A DNA stretch of 64,000 nt, taken from the NCBI GenBank assembly GCA_030324005.1, contig JARDVH010000084.1:39846585-39910584 (forward strand), in the 5' to 3' direction. The position numbers and the translations under genes are program-made. Under the pieces are notes generated by a model. That model had not been told where the DNA came from and searched no databases. It worked only from the letters and a program-made list of their open reading frames with translations. Source of the DNA: Negaprion brevirostris (taxonomy: Eukaryota). This document shows positions 48,451-60,860 of this stretch, piece by piece. How positions within the stretch are numbered: position 1 is the stretch's first letter; every line of letters starts with the position of its first letter.

Positions 48451-51139
48451 AAATTTAAAAGGAGTTGTGACAATTAAAGGCAAATGTTGGGGTTGGGAGC
48501 ACAAACTTTTCCACATGCTACTCTTCAAGCCCACTGGCTACCATTGTAACATGCCTGCAAGAAGATCAAGACGACAGTTGACCATTACGGCACCTGCACT
48601 TTTGCATGTTCTTTGCTGCATAGTTCTCAATAGCAGATGGAAAAGTTCAGTATCTTCCTCTCAGCTGATCCAGATTCCAAGAAGGCAGGTTACAAGCTAG
48701 TTCTTCCAGGGCCCAGAGAAATAGTTAGTGGTATTTCTCAAAGTGTGGTCAAAAAGGTGACACTGCTACCTGGTCATCGTACCTTGCCATATTTCATTCA
48801 ATATCATTTCATTCAATCCTACGTATAACATTGCAAAGTACGATTGGGTTCCTTCAAAAGAACCAACCTAACAGTCAAGTCTATCACATTCACATCTTGT
48901 TGCATTGATTCACATTTGGTGAATCAGCATGATGGGCTAAATGGCCTTCTTCTGTGCTGTATCATTCTACAGCTTGCACAGCAACCACATCAGAAAAACG
49001 AGGCTTGCCACCTCTCTGCAGATATTGGGGTGTGAGTGGGAATAGGCAGGAGGGTGCAGAGCATCTTTCTGACTTGCCTGGCATCTTTCCACTGGTCCCT
49101 CCTTCCTCTGAAGACACCACATCAAACATATGTTTCTGGTGGAAGCCCTCTTGTGCCAATAAAGGCAGCTTGGTTTAAATTATTGCACCTGCTACTCAGG
49201 CTCATGACAGCCCAAGTGCCAGCTGGAAACAACAACAAAATATACAATACTCTTTTTGTGAAAAAAAGAGAGAAATTTGCTTAACTTGAAAGAGTGCTGG
49301 CCTTTTATATGGCCGTCTGCATGTGTCTCTGGCCAAGGTCTTGCCTTCACCAGGTTGGAGAACTGGTATTCGGCATGCCCCGAGGTCAAAAATAGCCTGG
49401 CACTCTCCTCACCCCCACCCCCACCTATCTTTTCCAATAAAAAAATAAAACTTCTGCCGTCCATCTATCAGCAGCACTGTTTACACCATTCTTCGGCTTT
49501 ACAGAACAGCAAAGTCTAAGAAACAAGTTTCCCATTAGTGGACTATGACTCATACATCTCCAACTAACCACATTCACAAATGTGGTGGATGATGAACTAC
49601 ATGGAGGGGGGAGAGAGTGATCTTTAAATGTGCTTTCAAAAAGCTGTGTGGTCCAAATGCGGTCCACAAAGCTCTGTCATGAAGGTCATAGGCAGTGGAT
49701 TATACAAGACTGGATACCACATCAGTCCAATACTATTTAATTCTCAGTAAATATTGTTCCTTTCTCCGCTCCAGCCCTGAATACAATAAACCGCACTTCG
49801 AGACGGTGCCAAACTAGCAGCAACCCTATGTACTCACTTGTGCCATCTTTCATATTCAAGTCGTGACAGGCTATTTAACCAGGAGAGTAATCCAGTTGTT
49901 ACCTGGTGTGCATACATATCCCAGCGTCACAGGACAGCAATTAGAAATGCCCAGCCTTGGGGCACCGACTTCAAATACATTATCTGCACACCAATTCGCT
50001 AGATGAGATCAGTTAAAAAGAGACAATGCCGTGTATTTGTCCATTAATTAATTTTGGGACTGCACTCACATTACCCTTAAACAAAACAGGGCTAGACACA
50101 TTACGGCAATATATCATCACCTTACATTGCCCATCATAGGGCATACCTGTGTTAGCAATCCTGGTAAATCAGCTTGAGTGCGATTATCTTGAAATCACCA
50201 CAAGTCCTTGTGCTTCAATACTTATTAATTATTGGCTCACAGTTTTCTGTGCATGCAATGAATTCAATATAGGCAACAGGTCCTTCATGTAAACTGGAGC
50301 TAAGTCTTTTGCTTTCACATCCCCCTCCCCCTCCATCTGACTGTACTTTTGGTCCTTTTGAACTCCTTTCATCTACTGAGTTTAAGCCATTCCCAGGGTA
50401 GCTACTGGGTTGCATATAATTTGTCTAATTAAATTTAAAGAAGGGCTATTTTGCAGAGCACTATTTCATCTCTCCCCCCTCCCCAAGCCCCCTCCCCCTA
50501 CTCCTTGCACTTCACGCTGTGGCCTTTAATGAGGCTTCAAACATCATTTTAGCTCAGCTTTGGTTCCAGTTAAGATGGGCTGGCCTTGTTAAGACAGTCT
50601 TCATTTGTCAGGAAAAATTGCTTTATTGGGGTCACGGAATGCAAGGGCTTTGATTAAAGCTAATCAAGACAGAGAGAAAAAACTGGACCCAAAGCATGTT
50701 CAATTGACCTTTAGTAAAATCTATCATTAGAACCCTCCGACAGAATCTCCTAGTTAAACAGTCATAAATAATATCAGGTTTCTTTACAGAGTCGCAATTT
50801 ATTGCATCTAGAAGCAGTCAACCTCCAGCTGCTCTCTCTTCTTGGGGAACTAACGGATACTGAAGTGCTTACTCTTAAAATACCAGGGCTGAATTTTCAG
50901 CTCAAATGGGCAACCAATCTGGAAGTTTTCAGTTAGTTAATTGAAAGCTACACTTTCATTCTTACCTTGCGCTATGTCCATACACTCACAGTGAACACTG
51001 TCGGTTTGAACAAATTATAAACTAAAAATGCCAGTAAGGCGTTTCTAAGTAAAATAAAATAATGAAAGATCTGCTCAGCTGTCTAGCTTGAAATGTAAAT
51101 CAATCTCTCTTAGCTCATTTTTTACCAGTTTTTAAAAAC

Positions 51140-51358
51140 TTTTTTTAAATTTAAAGTTTATTTATTAGTGTCGTAAGTAGGCTTACATTAACACTGCAAT
51201 GAAGTTACTCTGAAAATCCCCTCATCACCACACTCCGGTGCCTGTTTGGGTACACTGAGGGAGAATTTAGCATGGCCAACGCACCAAACCAGTATGTCTT
51301 TCAGGCTGTGGGAGGAACCCGAAGCATGCAAAGGAAACCCACACAGTCTCAGGGAGAA
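51140..51358 (-). mobile_element. V-SINE ('cctacttacgacactaataaataaa' tail type), cut by a gap
   Basis: Near-identical to 961-1170. Confidence 0.9.
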
Positions 51359-51471
51359 NNNNNNNNNNNNNNNNNNNNNNNNNNNNNNNNNNNNNNNNNN
51401 NNNNNNNNNNNNNNNNNNNNNNNNNNNNNNNNNNNNNNNNNNNNNNNNNNNNNNNNNNATATGATCAGAGA

Positions 51472-51777
51472 AGAATCATAGAATCCCGACAGTGCAGAAG
51501 GAGGCCATTCGGTCCATCAGGCCAGCACCGATCACAATCCCACCCAGGATTTATTCTTGTAACCCTGTTACTCCCCTGACACTGGGATCAATTTAGCATA
51601 GCCAATCAACCTAATCTGCACATCTTTGGATTGTGGGAGGAAACTGGAGCACCCAGAGGAAGCCCACACAGACATGGAGAGAAGGTGCAGACTCCGCACA
51701 TACAGTGACCCAAGCTGGGAATCAAACCCAGGTCCCTGGCACTGTAAGGCAGCAGTGCTAACTCACCGTGCTGCCCT
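51472..51777 (-). mobile_element. HE1 V-SINE
   Basis: 'agaatcatagaatcccgacagtgcagaaggaggccattcgg' tail through to head 'ggcagcagtgctaactcaccgtgctgccc'. Confidence 0.9.
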
Positions 51778-52537
51778 TCCACAGATCTTGAGCACTGGCG
51801 ACATTAAACCTTTCAAAGTTTCCTTACGTGGAAGCGAGAAGGGCAGCCAAAGGCCGCCCGATGTTCACCTGCTGACATCCTCTCTCCTTCTTCTCTTTCA
51901 CACCTGCTCGGAGCCAAAAGTGGACCTGGGGTATATAAAAGAGGCCAAGTGGCTTTAAATCACCATGGCTTCCTGCAGTGTCTGCAGGGCTGGTGATCAA
52001 CTCGCCAGCATGGTTTCCCAAAGAAAGTCACTATGGAGGTACAATCTAACCCTCCCGTTCTGATGCCTACTGTCCCATTACATATTTACAGCAGAGTCTT
52101 TTATTTCAGATTTTCAGCATTTGTGCTTTTCAATTCATTAGCACTGGTAAAGTGTTTCGTTTGAATAATACCTACACAAGTGTGAGGTAGAGACAAAGCA
52201 TCAATAAAGTTAACAAACTGATTATATTCTCACAGTGGCTGGCATGCTGGTCAATTTATAAATTCCTAATAATACTGAATATTAAAACAGGTAGTTCTGG
52301 GGTTTTGCAGGTTTCACTGACAAAGCAACATCTGCTGGTAGCTACTTCCAAAATTGCAGGTATTTTCAGAGCAGAAATCACTGAGCACCAAAACATTAAA
52401 AGGATGCAATGGTCTGGACAAAGCTCACTGATTGTCACAGCGCAAAAAAAGCTTAGCCTCCAGTGAAAACCTACATGCTGTCACATTCCCAAATAAATTT
52501 AATTAAAACTAAATAACCAAAGCTTCACAGATCTTAC

Positions 52538-52680
52538 TTCAGCGTTAATGCATTAGGACAATCTTCCAGCATGTCTCCAGGAACTTGGAAAATACACAAG
52601 GATATCCTGCTCAGAACCTTTGAGTGAGGAACAATTCCATAACCACCATGCATCTCTGACTGTGCAGGCAAATTAAAAGT
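52538..52680 (-). CDS. Weak candidate internal exon
   Basis: Acceptor 'tttaatttcctgcag' and donor 'aa|gtaaga'. 143 nt open in phase 0 (TFNLPAQSEMHGGYG...DCPNALTL). No homology recognised. Confidence 0.12.
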
Positions 52681-53254
52681 CTGCAGGAAATTAAATAGTA
52701 ATACTGGAGAGGCTCTTGCCAATTGTAAGGCCTAATACAAAAAGGTCTCTATTGTGTAACATAACTTCAGACGAGTAAATCCATAAATACCTATAAATCT
52801 TCAGAAGATGAACTTTGCAAGTCCTACTCACTACTGTAAGCTGGAATCATTCATATAAGCAAGCTAAAATTTTTCCTCTCCCAAATAGTGCTAACCAGAA
52901 GTGCGTAAATGCAAAGGAAAAACGAGCACCATTCCTTTGTTCCCATTCTTCTGAATTGCAATGAACACAAATTTCCTTTTCCGCATTTTCTGGTGTCTGC
53001 ATCCATACAGACTTCAGTAATGTGTTAACTTTGGTACCAACACCAGGGACAGCACATAGCTTTCCTCTAAAAGCACAGAATGCAGAAAGGGTCAAAACTA
53101 CTCCCCTCCAAAAATACAAATTTCAGAAAGATTATTTAGGTGCTGTTCAATGGGATAGACCACCACTGTCATGTTAATTCTCTATTTTGAGCTCTTTAAA
53201 TATAAAAGAAATGGTATTGCTTTAAAGAACATATTTCAGAATATGTTGAGTCTT

Positions 53255-53755
53255 GTATAGTGAAACTAGAACTAGGGGGCATAGCCTCAAAATAAGGGCA
53301 AGCAGATTTAGGATTAAGTTGAGGAGGAACTTCTTCACACAGAGGGTTGTAAATCTGTGGAATTCCCTGCCCGGCGAAGCATTTGAGGCTACCTCATTGA
53401 ATGTTTTTAAGGCAAGGATAGATAAATTTTTGAACAGTAAAGGAATTAAGGGTTATGGTNNNNNNNNNNNNNNNNNNNNNNNNNNNNNNNNNNNNNNNNN
53501 NNNNNNNNNNNNNNNNNNNNNNNNNNNNNNNNNNNNNNNNNNNNNNNNNNNNNNNNNNNTGATCTTATTGAATGGCGGGGCAGGCTTGAAGGGCTAGATG
53601 GCCTACTCCTGCTCCTATTTCTTATGTTCTTATGTGAGCAGATGGATATGTGGAGCTGAGTCCACAAAAAGATCAGCCATGATCTTATTGAATGGTGGGG
53701 CAGGCTCAAGGGGCCAGAAGGCCTACTCCTGCTCCTAGTTCTTACGTTCTTATAG
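53255..53755 (+). mobile_element. CR1 3' end with duplicated tail
   Basis: 'ETRTRGHSLKIRASRFRIKLRRNFFTQRVVNLWNSLP'. The tail occurs twice (53560-53635 and 53680-53753). Confidence 0.9.
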
Positions 53756-54429
53756 TTAGTATTAGAGGCTGTTTTCCTTACCGGCCATACCAACCTGCTT
53801 TTAGAAACTGCTCGCATGGAGGGAGAATCATGGAAGGTGCCCTCGCTGTTGCTCTTGTCTGTATGACTAACAGCTATTCACATCACAGAATACAAATAAT
53901 TCCTCCAGCCATCAACAACCACCTCACACCCCTGGAACACATCTCTTCCTCCTCAGCATCCCTCCATTCCCCACACCTTAACTTCACTATCAAACTTGCA
54001 CCTCCCCCTATTTCTGTACCATCTGCAGATTTACACATGTTTACTTTGTTTATCCGCATAGTGCTCTGTATCTTTTAGGCACCAGCTTATCAGCTCTCAG
54101 TGAGGCAGATGACATAGGCACTCAGATGGTTAAATACAAGGACTACTAACACTCAATTCAATGTTTCTGGATGCATTAATGGCATTGATTTAGGAACTTA
54201 CTGTTCTGCATGGCCAAGTGTTCAGATAAAAGTTCTTCCACTTTACCTTAAAAAAAACCTTGTAACTCTCCCACATAGCATTTTTTTGTACTAGAAGCCA
54301 GGCAAGACCAAGACTTCTTGCCAATAGTATACGCTCAAGTTGCACCTCCTTTATTTAACGAAGGCTCAAAAGTAAGTTTGTGCACTGTGAGGTCTACAAT
54401 AATTATTTTTAGACCGCAGGAAGATCAGC

Positions 54430-54545
54430 CTGATTTTTTTTATTCATTCGTGGGATATGGGCATCACTGCTGGCCAGCATTGATTGCCCATCCCTATTGC
54501 CCTTGACAAGGTGCTGGTGAGCTGCCCTCTTGAATCAGTCCGGTA
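54430..54545 (-). mobile_element. L2/CR1-group LINE or SINE 3' tail
   Basis: 'ttattcattcgtgggatatgggcatcactgctggccagcattgattgcccatccctattgcccttga'. Confidence 0.75.
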
Positions 54546-54685
54546 GGTATCTGTTACTTCTCAGACAATGAATGCCATCTTCCTATAAAGGCTCAGTTAT
54601 GTTTTGCAAAATTTGCTAGGGGGAGTAAAGAGGTGGAAAATAGAAGCTAATTTTCACTGCACCAGGTTTGTCAAACAAAGACAGT

Positions 54686-55535
54686 GTGCAGAATTCTCCC
54701 ATTTTGAAACTAAGTCCCATGGCGGGGGTGGGAACATGAAGTATTTCCTACTGCGACAGCCAGTAGCAAAACGCGGCAAATCTTTTGGTCCCGACCNNNN
54801 NNNNNNNNNNNNNNNNNNNNNNNNNNNNNNNNNNNNNNNNNNNNNNNNNNNNNNNNNNNNNNNNNNNNNNNNNNNNNNNNNNNNNNNNNNNNNNNNAAAC
54901 GCGGCAAATCTTTTGGGCCCGACCTCATTAATCATGCATCCAGGCATGTTACACCATATTTCATGAGGGGTCCGGCCTGACTGACGTGTAGTCCTCTGTC
55001 ATGCCTGAGTGTCATAGTGAACAAATGGCCAACATCACTGACCAAAAAATGGTGGACCTCACGAAAATGAACATAGACCTCCAGGAACACTGGAAGATGG
55101 ACCCACTCCAGGACACCTAATCAGGAAGATCCAGCTACAGATGCTTCACCAACCTACTGCTGTTGTGATCAGGAGTCCAGGCTTGCGGGCAGCCTCCACC
55201 CTGAACTCCAGAGGCAGCTCCAGGCATTGTTTGGATGAATCCCGACATTTGCATGCCATGTTTCTCCTAATGTGTTACATGTCGGCGTGTTTTCCCACCG
55301 GCATCACGGAGAATCTGGTGTGAGGGAGTTGGGCCTTCATCTATATCCCATTAACAGGAAGCATATGAGGTTCATGCCAGCCTCTGGCAGGTTTTCCGAC
55401 CCGGCATTGCAAGCAACAGCGGAAGATCCTGCTGTAAATTCACGCCGACGGGAAAGCTATTTCTGGGCATCCTGCCACATTCTCCCACCATGCCTCCCAT
55501 CAAACCCAGTGGCAGGACTTGGGAGAATTCCACCC
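54686..55535. mobile_element. Complete non-autonomous Harbinger-type element with 15-bp TIR and 3-bp TSD
   Basis: agt|GTGCAGAATTCTCCC ... GGGAGAATTCCACCC|agt. Confidence 0.8.
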
Positions 55536-56286
55536 AGTATCTTGAATGATTTTTATTCACAATGCTGCTTCAAAGTATTTTGCAGCAACTCATGTTCTGT
55601 TTTAGGCCTGTTTATGTCACTTTTCCCAAGTCCAGAATGCTCTTTGTAACCTCTCTGGAAACAGAGTCAAAATAGAAGGTGAGTAAAAAAAGTTCTTCTC
55701 ATTTATGTTACTTTTGTAAAATTGGAGAAATAACATGTTTTATTTGATTTTATTTCTGCCTACAACAATGCTAGAGAAAAGAAGTGGCCTGCAAATGGAT
55801 ATTTTGATTTAGATTATTAAAAAAAACATATAAAAAGAAAGTGACCAAAGAGCACAGCACAGTAGATGAAGGATTTGGAAACACTGCAACAGTGGTAGAA
55901 TATTTTGCCAATATCAACTTGAAAGAAAATTAATTTTAAAGGAGTAGACGATGAATTGATTCAAGACATGAATTACAGCATTGGCTCTTCTACTCCTGAG
56001 GTCTGAGTGTAAATCCAGTTTGGGAATGAGGGATGAATATCCACTGTTCCTGACAGCTTTATAGCTATAACGTTAATGAATTGCTGGCTGACACAGAACT
56101 ACCTCGATTGAGAAATATTTGCATTGAGAGTGACAAGGAAGAGAATAGAAATTACCAGCTTGTGCTCAATAAACCAAACAAACCCTGCCTTTCTTTTTGA
56201 CTTCCAAGTTTTGAGGTCATCTGTCGTAATTAATCTACAATTGAGGAATTTTGCAGTATTTGGGAATACCCACCAGGCAAACTTAC

Positions 56287-56354
56287 CCAGATTGTCAGAC
56301 TTGTAACAAAAACCATGACATAATTGTAAATGTTGAGGTGTAAACACAATATTT
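56287..56354 (-). other. Candidate 68-nt internal exon
   Basis: Long pyrimidine tract 'cctctcctcccttctcctgttctgcttttgattttgaaacccag' and consensus donor 'tgg|gtaagt'. Open in two frames (NIVFTPQHLQLCHGFCYKSDNL; ILCLHLNIYNYVMVFVTSLTIW). Confidence 0.25.
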
Positions 56355-59300
56355 CTGGGTTTCAAAATCAAAAGCAGAACAGGAGAAGGGAGGAGAGGAA
56401 ATTGTCAAGGCGACAACCCACAGACAAAGATCACAAGTAAAAGCAACTGAAATAAGTTACAAATTTATGGGTTAAATTGACTTCTTACAGGGCAAATTAC
56501 ATATGTTTGCTATTGTGATCCATATCCTGTTATATGTTACATGGATTATACTACAATGATCAGAGGACATATTTATTAGTGGTGCTCACTTGTATACTAC
56601 CATAACAATCCCTCTTTGTGCCAATATTTATGGAAAGCATAAACAAGCTGTGCCTTATTCAGAATGGTGCAAATACATTATCATGCAATGCACTGAACAC
56701 ACTAACTAACCAGGAATCTGTAATACTTTTAAGATGGTTTGATGTGTTCAAGCGTTCAATTAATCATTTCAATAACTGATAGAGTATTCAATTACTAAAA
56801 TAAGCATTTGGCACAGCCCAAGAACAAAGGCACTTTGCATTGGGAACGCTAAAAATTGTTGATTGCTACAAATAGCTAATTACTTCCAATGTGGGTCTGG
56901 GGTTAAGTAATTTTGAAATGAATAGCTGTCCATTTAGTCAATAACAGTTGCGCCTGCAGTCCCCGGTTTGGAAAATAAAGTGTCCAACTGTTAATAGTCA
57001 CAGGGTATTTTCCTTCCGGAGATCTCATCAAATTCTTCAGCCAGCAAAAGAATTAAGTATCATGAAAAAGTACAGCATAAAAGGAAAACCTTCTTGTCAA
57101 ACTGGAAAAAAAAACATTAAACAGAAACTAATAAGTGGGATGCTATTGGAAAAAATTATGGTCAAATGTCGTACAGCAAAACCATACTTGAATCATAGGT
57201 AATGATCCACTTCAGAACAATCACACCACTGACTCACGTGGTATATTCTCCAATGGTAATCACTAAACCCCTGATTCTTTGCAAATTAGGTTAACTGTCT
57301 GTTAGNNNNNNNNNNGAAATACTGTGACTTTAGCCTTCCAGGAAAGGGTTAATTTCTAGCAGCTTCCCAACTTTTCAGGCTTGCTATCAAGAATGATTGG
57401 AAACAAAATCATAGCTCCCTGGCCACAGCAAAAAAAAAATGTACTTCAGGCATTTGAATAGGACTCAGCGAACAGAGGGGATGAAGGCCAGCTAGCAGAA
57501 ATATTGGCTGTGTCAAGTTAGCTGGGGAGGTTCCAGGACCCTACATCTGCTTGGCAACGACTCAAGAAGAGATAGAGTTACTCCTTCGTTGGTGCAAAGC
57601 TTTCCCAGGCTACAATATATGAAAAACAGCTTTCTGTACATGATGGAAGAGCCCAGCAGCACTGCATCATACATATTAATCTCCCCATTCTTAAGCAGGG
57701 CTCACTGTCACATGATGCACTAAGTTTGCAAGCATCTACCACTGTCATGTCACATACTGTCCCAACATATGATCTGCCTCAGTTTTATAAACTGAGCATT
57801 TAACTTCTTAGATATACCTAAAAACATTGATTAAAAAACATTGACACTAACATATTCAAAAAGGGACCCTGCTTATCTTGCAAGTTAAAATTTAGCCCTC
57901 TCCCCAAACTTTTGTATTTTAAGAAAGAAAAAGGAATGTTGTTTATTGCAGAGCAGGGTTTGGAGGAATGGGACTTGATTGAAATATAACTGATCCAAAT
58001 GTTAAAATCCAAAAAGCTCGTTAATATTGCAATCGTGCCTAGTTAGTTGGAGCACTGTGTATAACTTATAACCCCAATCCAAACACATTTCTTAGAAGTC
58101 GAGTTGGGTTTCTCAATATTCAATCCTGTTTTAGGCTGATAAGCACTTAGTGAAGTGACCCAGGCACAAGACATAAGTTCATGCTTACAATTCTCTCAGA
58201 CTCAGAAGGATGGAAAAAGAAAAGGATAATTCACCCAGAACTGCTCTATAACCAATCCTGGTTCGACAACTACATTGCAAGAGGCTTGGAAGGAGGGTTT
58301 CCATCTGCCCTTTCAGTAAGATTGGTAGTACAGCATAAAGTTGGTTGGAATTTTCCTTGCCTCTTTCCTTACACACTGCCTCTGTGAAGGCAGCAATTCA
58401 CGATGGTGCGCAAGAACACAGGCGTTGGCAGCATTTATTTGTATGCGATTCAAAAAGAGTGTTGCAGCACAGTCTGATCCTGTCCTCACCAGATAACAAT
58501 GAGAACCTGACCCAATACTTTGCTTGAGCTAGTTTATGTACACTGAGGCAAGTTGTGTTTCCAGTGCCACCACAGTCTAGTTGGACGAACCATAAATCAA
58601 ATATTGAAGCTGTGATCTTCCAGGCCACTGTGGCTTCATATCACCAAATGCAGTGCATTGAACAAAGGAGTTAGCAGAACAGCCTTAGCTAGAATTATTA
58701 ATATGGGTGAGATAGTTTGTAAAAGAATCATGCTTAGGTTAGACTATCATAAGTAGATTCCAGTAGTATATTCAAAGTGTTTCACAGAGCTCCCGGTGTT
58801 TATATAATGTTTGAATGACAAACCCACTCTAAAGTTGCACTGCTCAAATTGCATGCAGCAATTACATAATTATGCCAACCTAACACTTTAATATTCCCCA
58901 TGCACATTTTGGTATAGAAATGCTAAGACCTGCTGCTTAAAAAAGCAACAATTCAAATGAACAAACATTTAAGAAAAAACATGGAAAGAAGCGTATGATT
59001 GTATTCACATAGCAGAAGATTAACCAGGGGCAGGTTCAGACCCTAGTGGTACTATGTAAACAGTTCCCAGTGTTTTAAAGTGCTTCAGACTATGCTAAGA
59101 AGAATACAACCTGATTCTACAAATATATCAAGGAACCGAACTGTGTTCAATATCTGAGCTGCTCCTTTTACTAGTCTATGATATAGCTGGACCTGGAAAC
59201 CAGATCCAGCTGGACTGAACTTAATGCCTAACCCTATACAGGAGTGTAGGACGAGAAGATTGGATGGGGAGCAAAGGAATTTCTAATAGGAGGGGTTAAG

Positions 59301-59689
59301 ATTTTTTTTAAACTATTCACTTCTGTGATAAGTTCATGAAATGGCAATATCCGTTTCATCTTACCCCCTACTCCCATAATCTTCCAACATAAAAGAACTG
59401 CTCTGAAATCACTAGAGGCTCACAGTGGACAAGTGCAGTCCCTCATTATGACTTTGGATGGGTCTTTTTGAACAGCAGAAATACATTTTCAATAAGGGAT
59501 GGAAATGAGACATTGGAAAGTTTTAGTAACAACAGTTTGAAAATTGGAACAAAATTGCCTTCATGCCAGCAGTAGTGTAAGTGCCACATAACTGCTCAAT
59601 TTATTAAACAGAGGCTGAACAGCATTCACACAAGGCTTTTATGACATATTTTGATTGCTTTGAAGCTGAACTACAGAAACTAACAAAGA

Positions 59690-60320
59690 CAGATAATGCA
59701 ACTTTAATTTCTTTAAAACGAGCTCTGTAAAGCTTCAATCAGCAGTTATTAGAGCAGGGCACAAACTGACTTCTTCAACTGTCTTCCCGCTGTCCTTTAG
59801 ATATTTTAATTTTTTAAGAGGTCAATCAAAATGACGACGCCATCATTTATGTCAGCCAACCAATGTAAAACGATAATCCCGACAATATAGCTCACTGCAA
59901 GATTTCAAGTATTTTAATCATAAGAGATTAAATGAGTAAGCAACTATCTCCATGGATGTTGGTACAGATAACCATTTTCAGGTCTGCGCACTATCAAATT
60001 AAGCTGTGTATAACCTCCGCAGAGTTTGTTTTGATGGTAGCCTTCAATCCACTTTGCTAGGTGTAATGGGGAGGCTAGTAGCTGCCAGGGTGATATTAAA
60101 TTCAGATAGGGTATATTCATGTGATAGTATGCATTAAGAAAACATTAGCTTAAGTCTTTGCTCAGTAAGGAGTATCAATTTTCAAGATTAATCTTTATAC
60201 AGAAATATATCAAAGCCGCACAATGGCTTTGTTTCTCCATATGAGTATTCTTAGTTAAAACAGTTTGCATTAACTCAGTAATACTGTCAAAAACAAACAT
60301 TCACGCGCTGTGGGTTTTTT
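59690..60320. promoter_or_regulatory. Candidate conserved non-coding element
   Basis: TE-free stretch with retained CpGs and TAAT/TTTAT/TGTCA motifs, inside a ~6-kb interval lacking young repeats. Inference only. Confidence 0.3.
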
Positions 60321-60711
60321 TTTACTGTCCTACTCTGGGAATTAAAGTAGTTTTAATTGATAGTATTCACAATAGTTTCAGGATAGAGCACTCCTATCTG
60401 TATTAAAAGATAACACACAGCATCACCACAACAGGAGAGACCATTTCTGGCAAGAAAAGATCATTTATATTGGCAGATTAGGTTTCTGCTGAATAAGGGC
60501 ATCATTCTGTAGTTTAAAAACAGATTTGATTTAAAATACTATTAAACAAAAATCAAAAAACTGTGCCGTCCATTCTCATTTGTTTATCTGTCAAATTCAC
60601 AAAAAACGCAGTGTTACTCAAGAACAAAACCAGCAGCTGCACTAAAGCAATTAGCTCTCCCTTTTTAAAAAAAAATTATTTTATGAGCAGGTTGAAAACG
60701 CGAGGACTCAC

Positions 60712-60860
60712 CATTAAAAAGGCTGGGCAAATCATTTTAAAAGTATCACAAGATAACCAACAATCTCAGTTAAATGGAACCTTATACAGGTATTTCCCCC
60801 AGATGTCTGCCTAAGAAAGCAATGCTTTGTTGCGGTCCTTCGTAGCCCATGGTGGTTGAG
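60712..60860 (-). other. Candidate non-coding, poison or uORF-bearing exon
   Basis: Acceptor 'cccctcccatcgtcttcctag' and donor 'ATG|gtgagt'. Stops in all three frames. Contains ACCACCATGG starting MGYEGPQQSIAFLGRHLGEIPV* (60850-60782). Confidence 0.25.

Noticed and set aside
53560-53753. Tandem CR1 tails
   Set aside because: Adjacent to a gap. It may be a second insertion or a slippage product, and is ordinary in either case.
55606-55678. Plus-strand segment with strong donor AAG|GTGAGT, peptide NLSGNRV (LRR-like)
   Set aside because: Motif too short and no neighbouring LRR exons.
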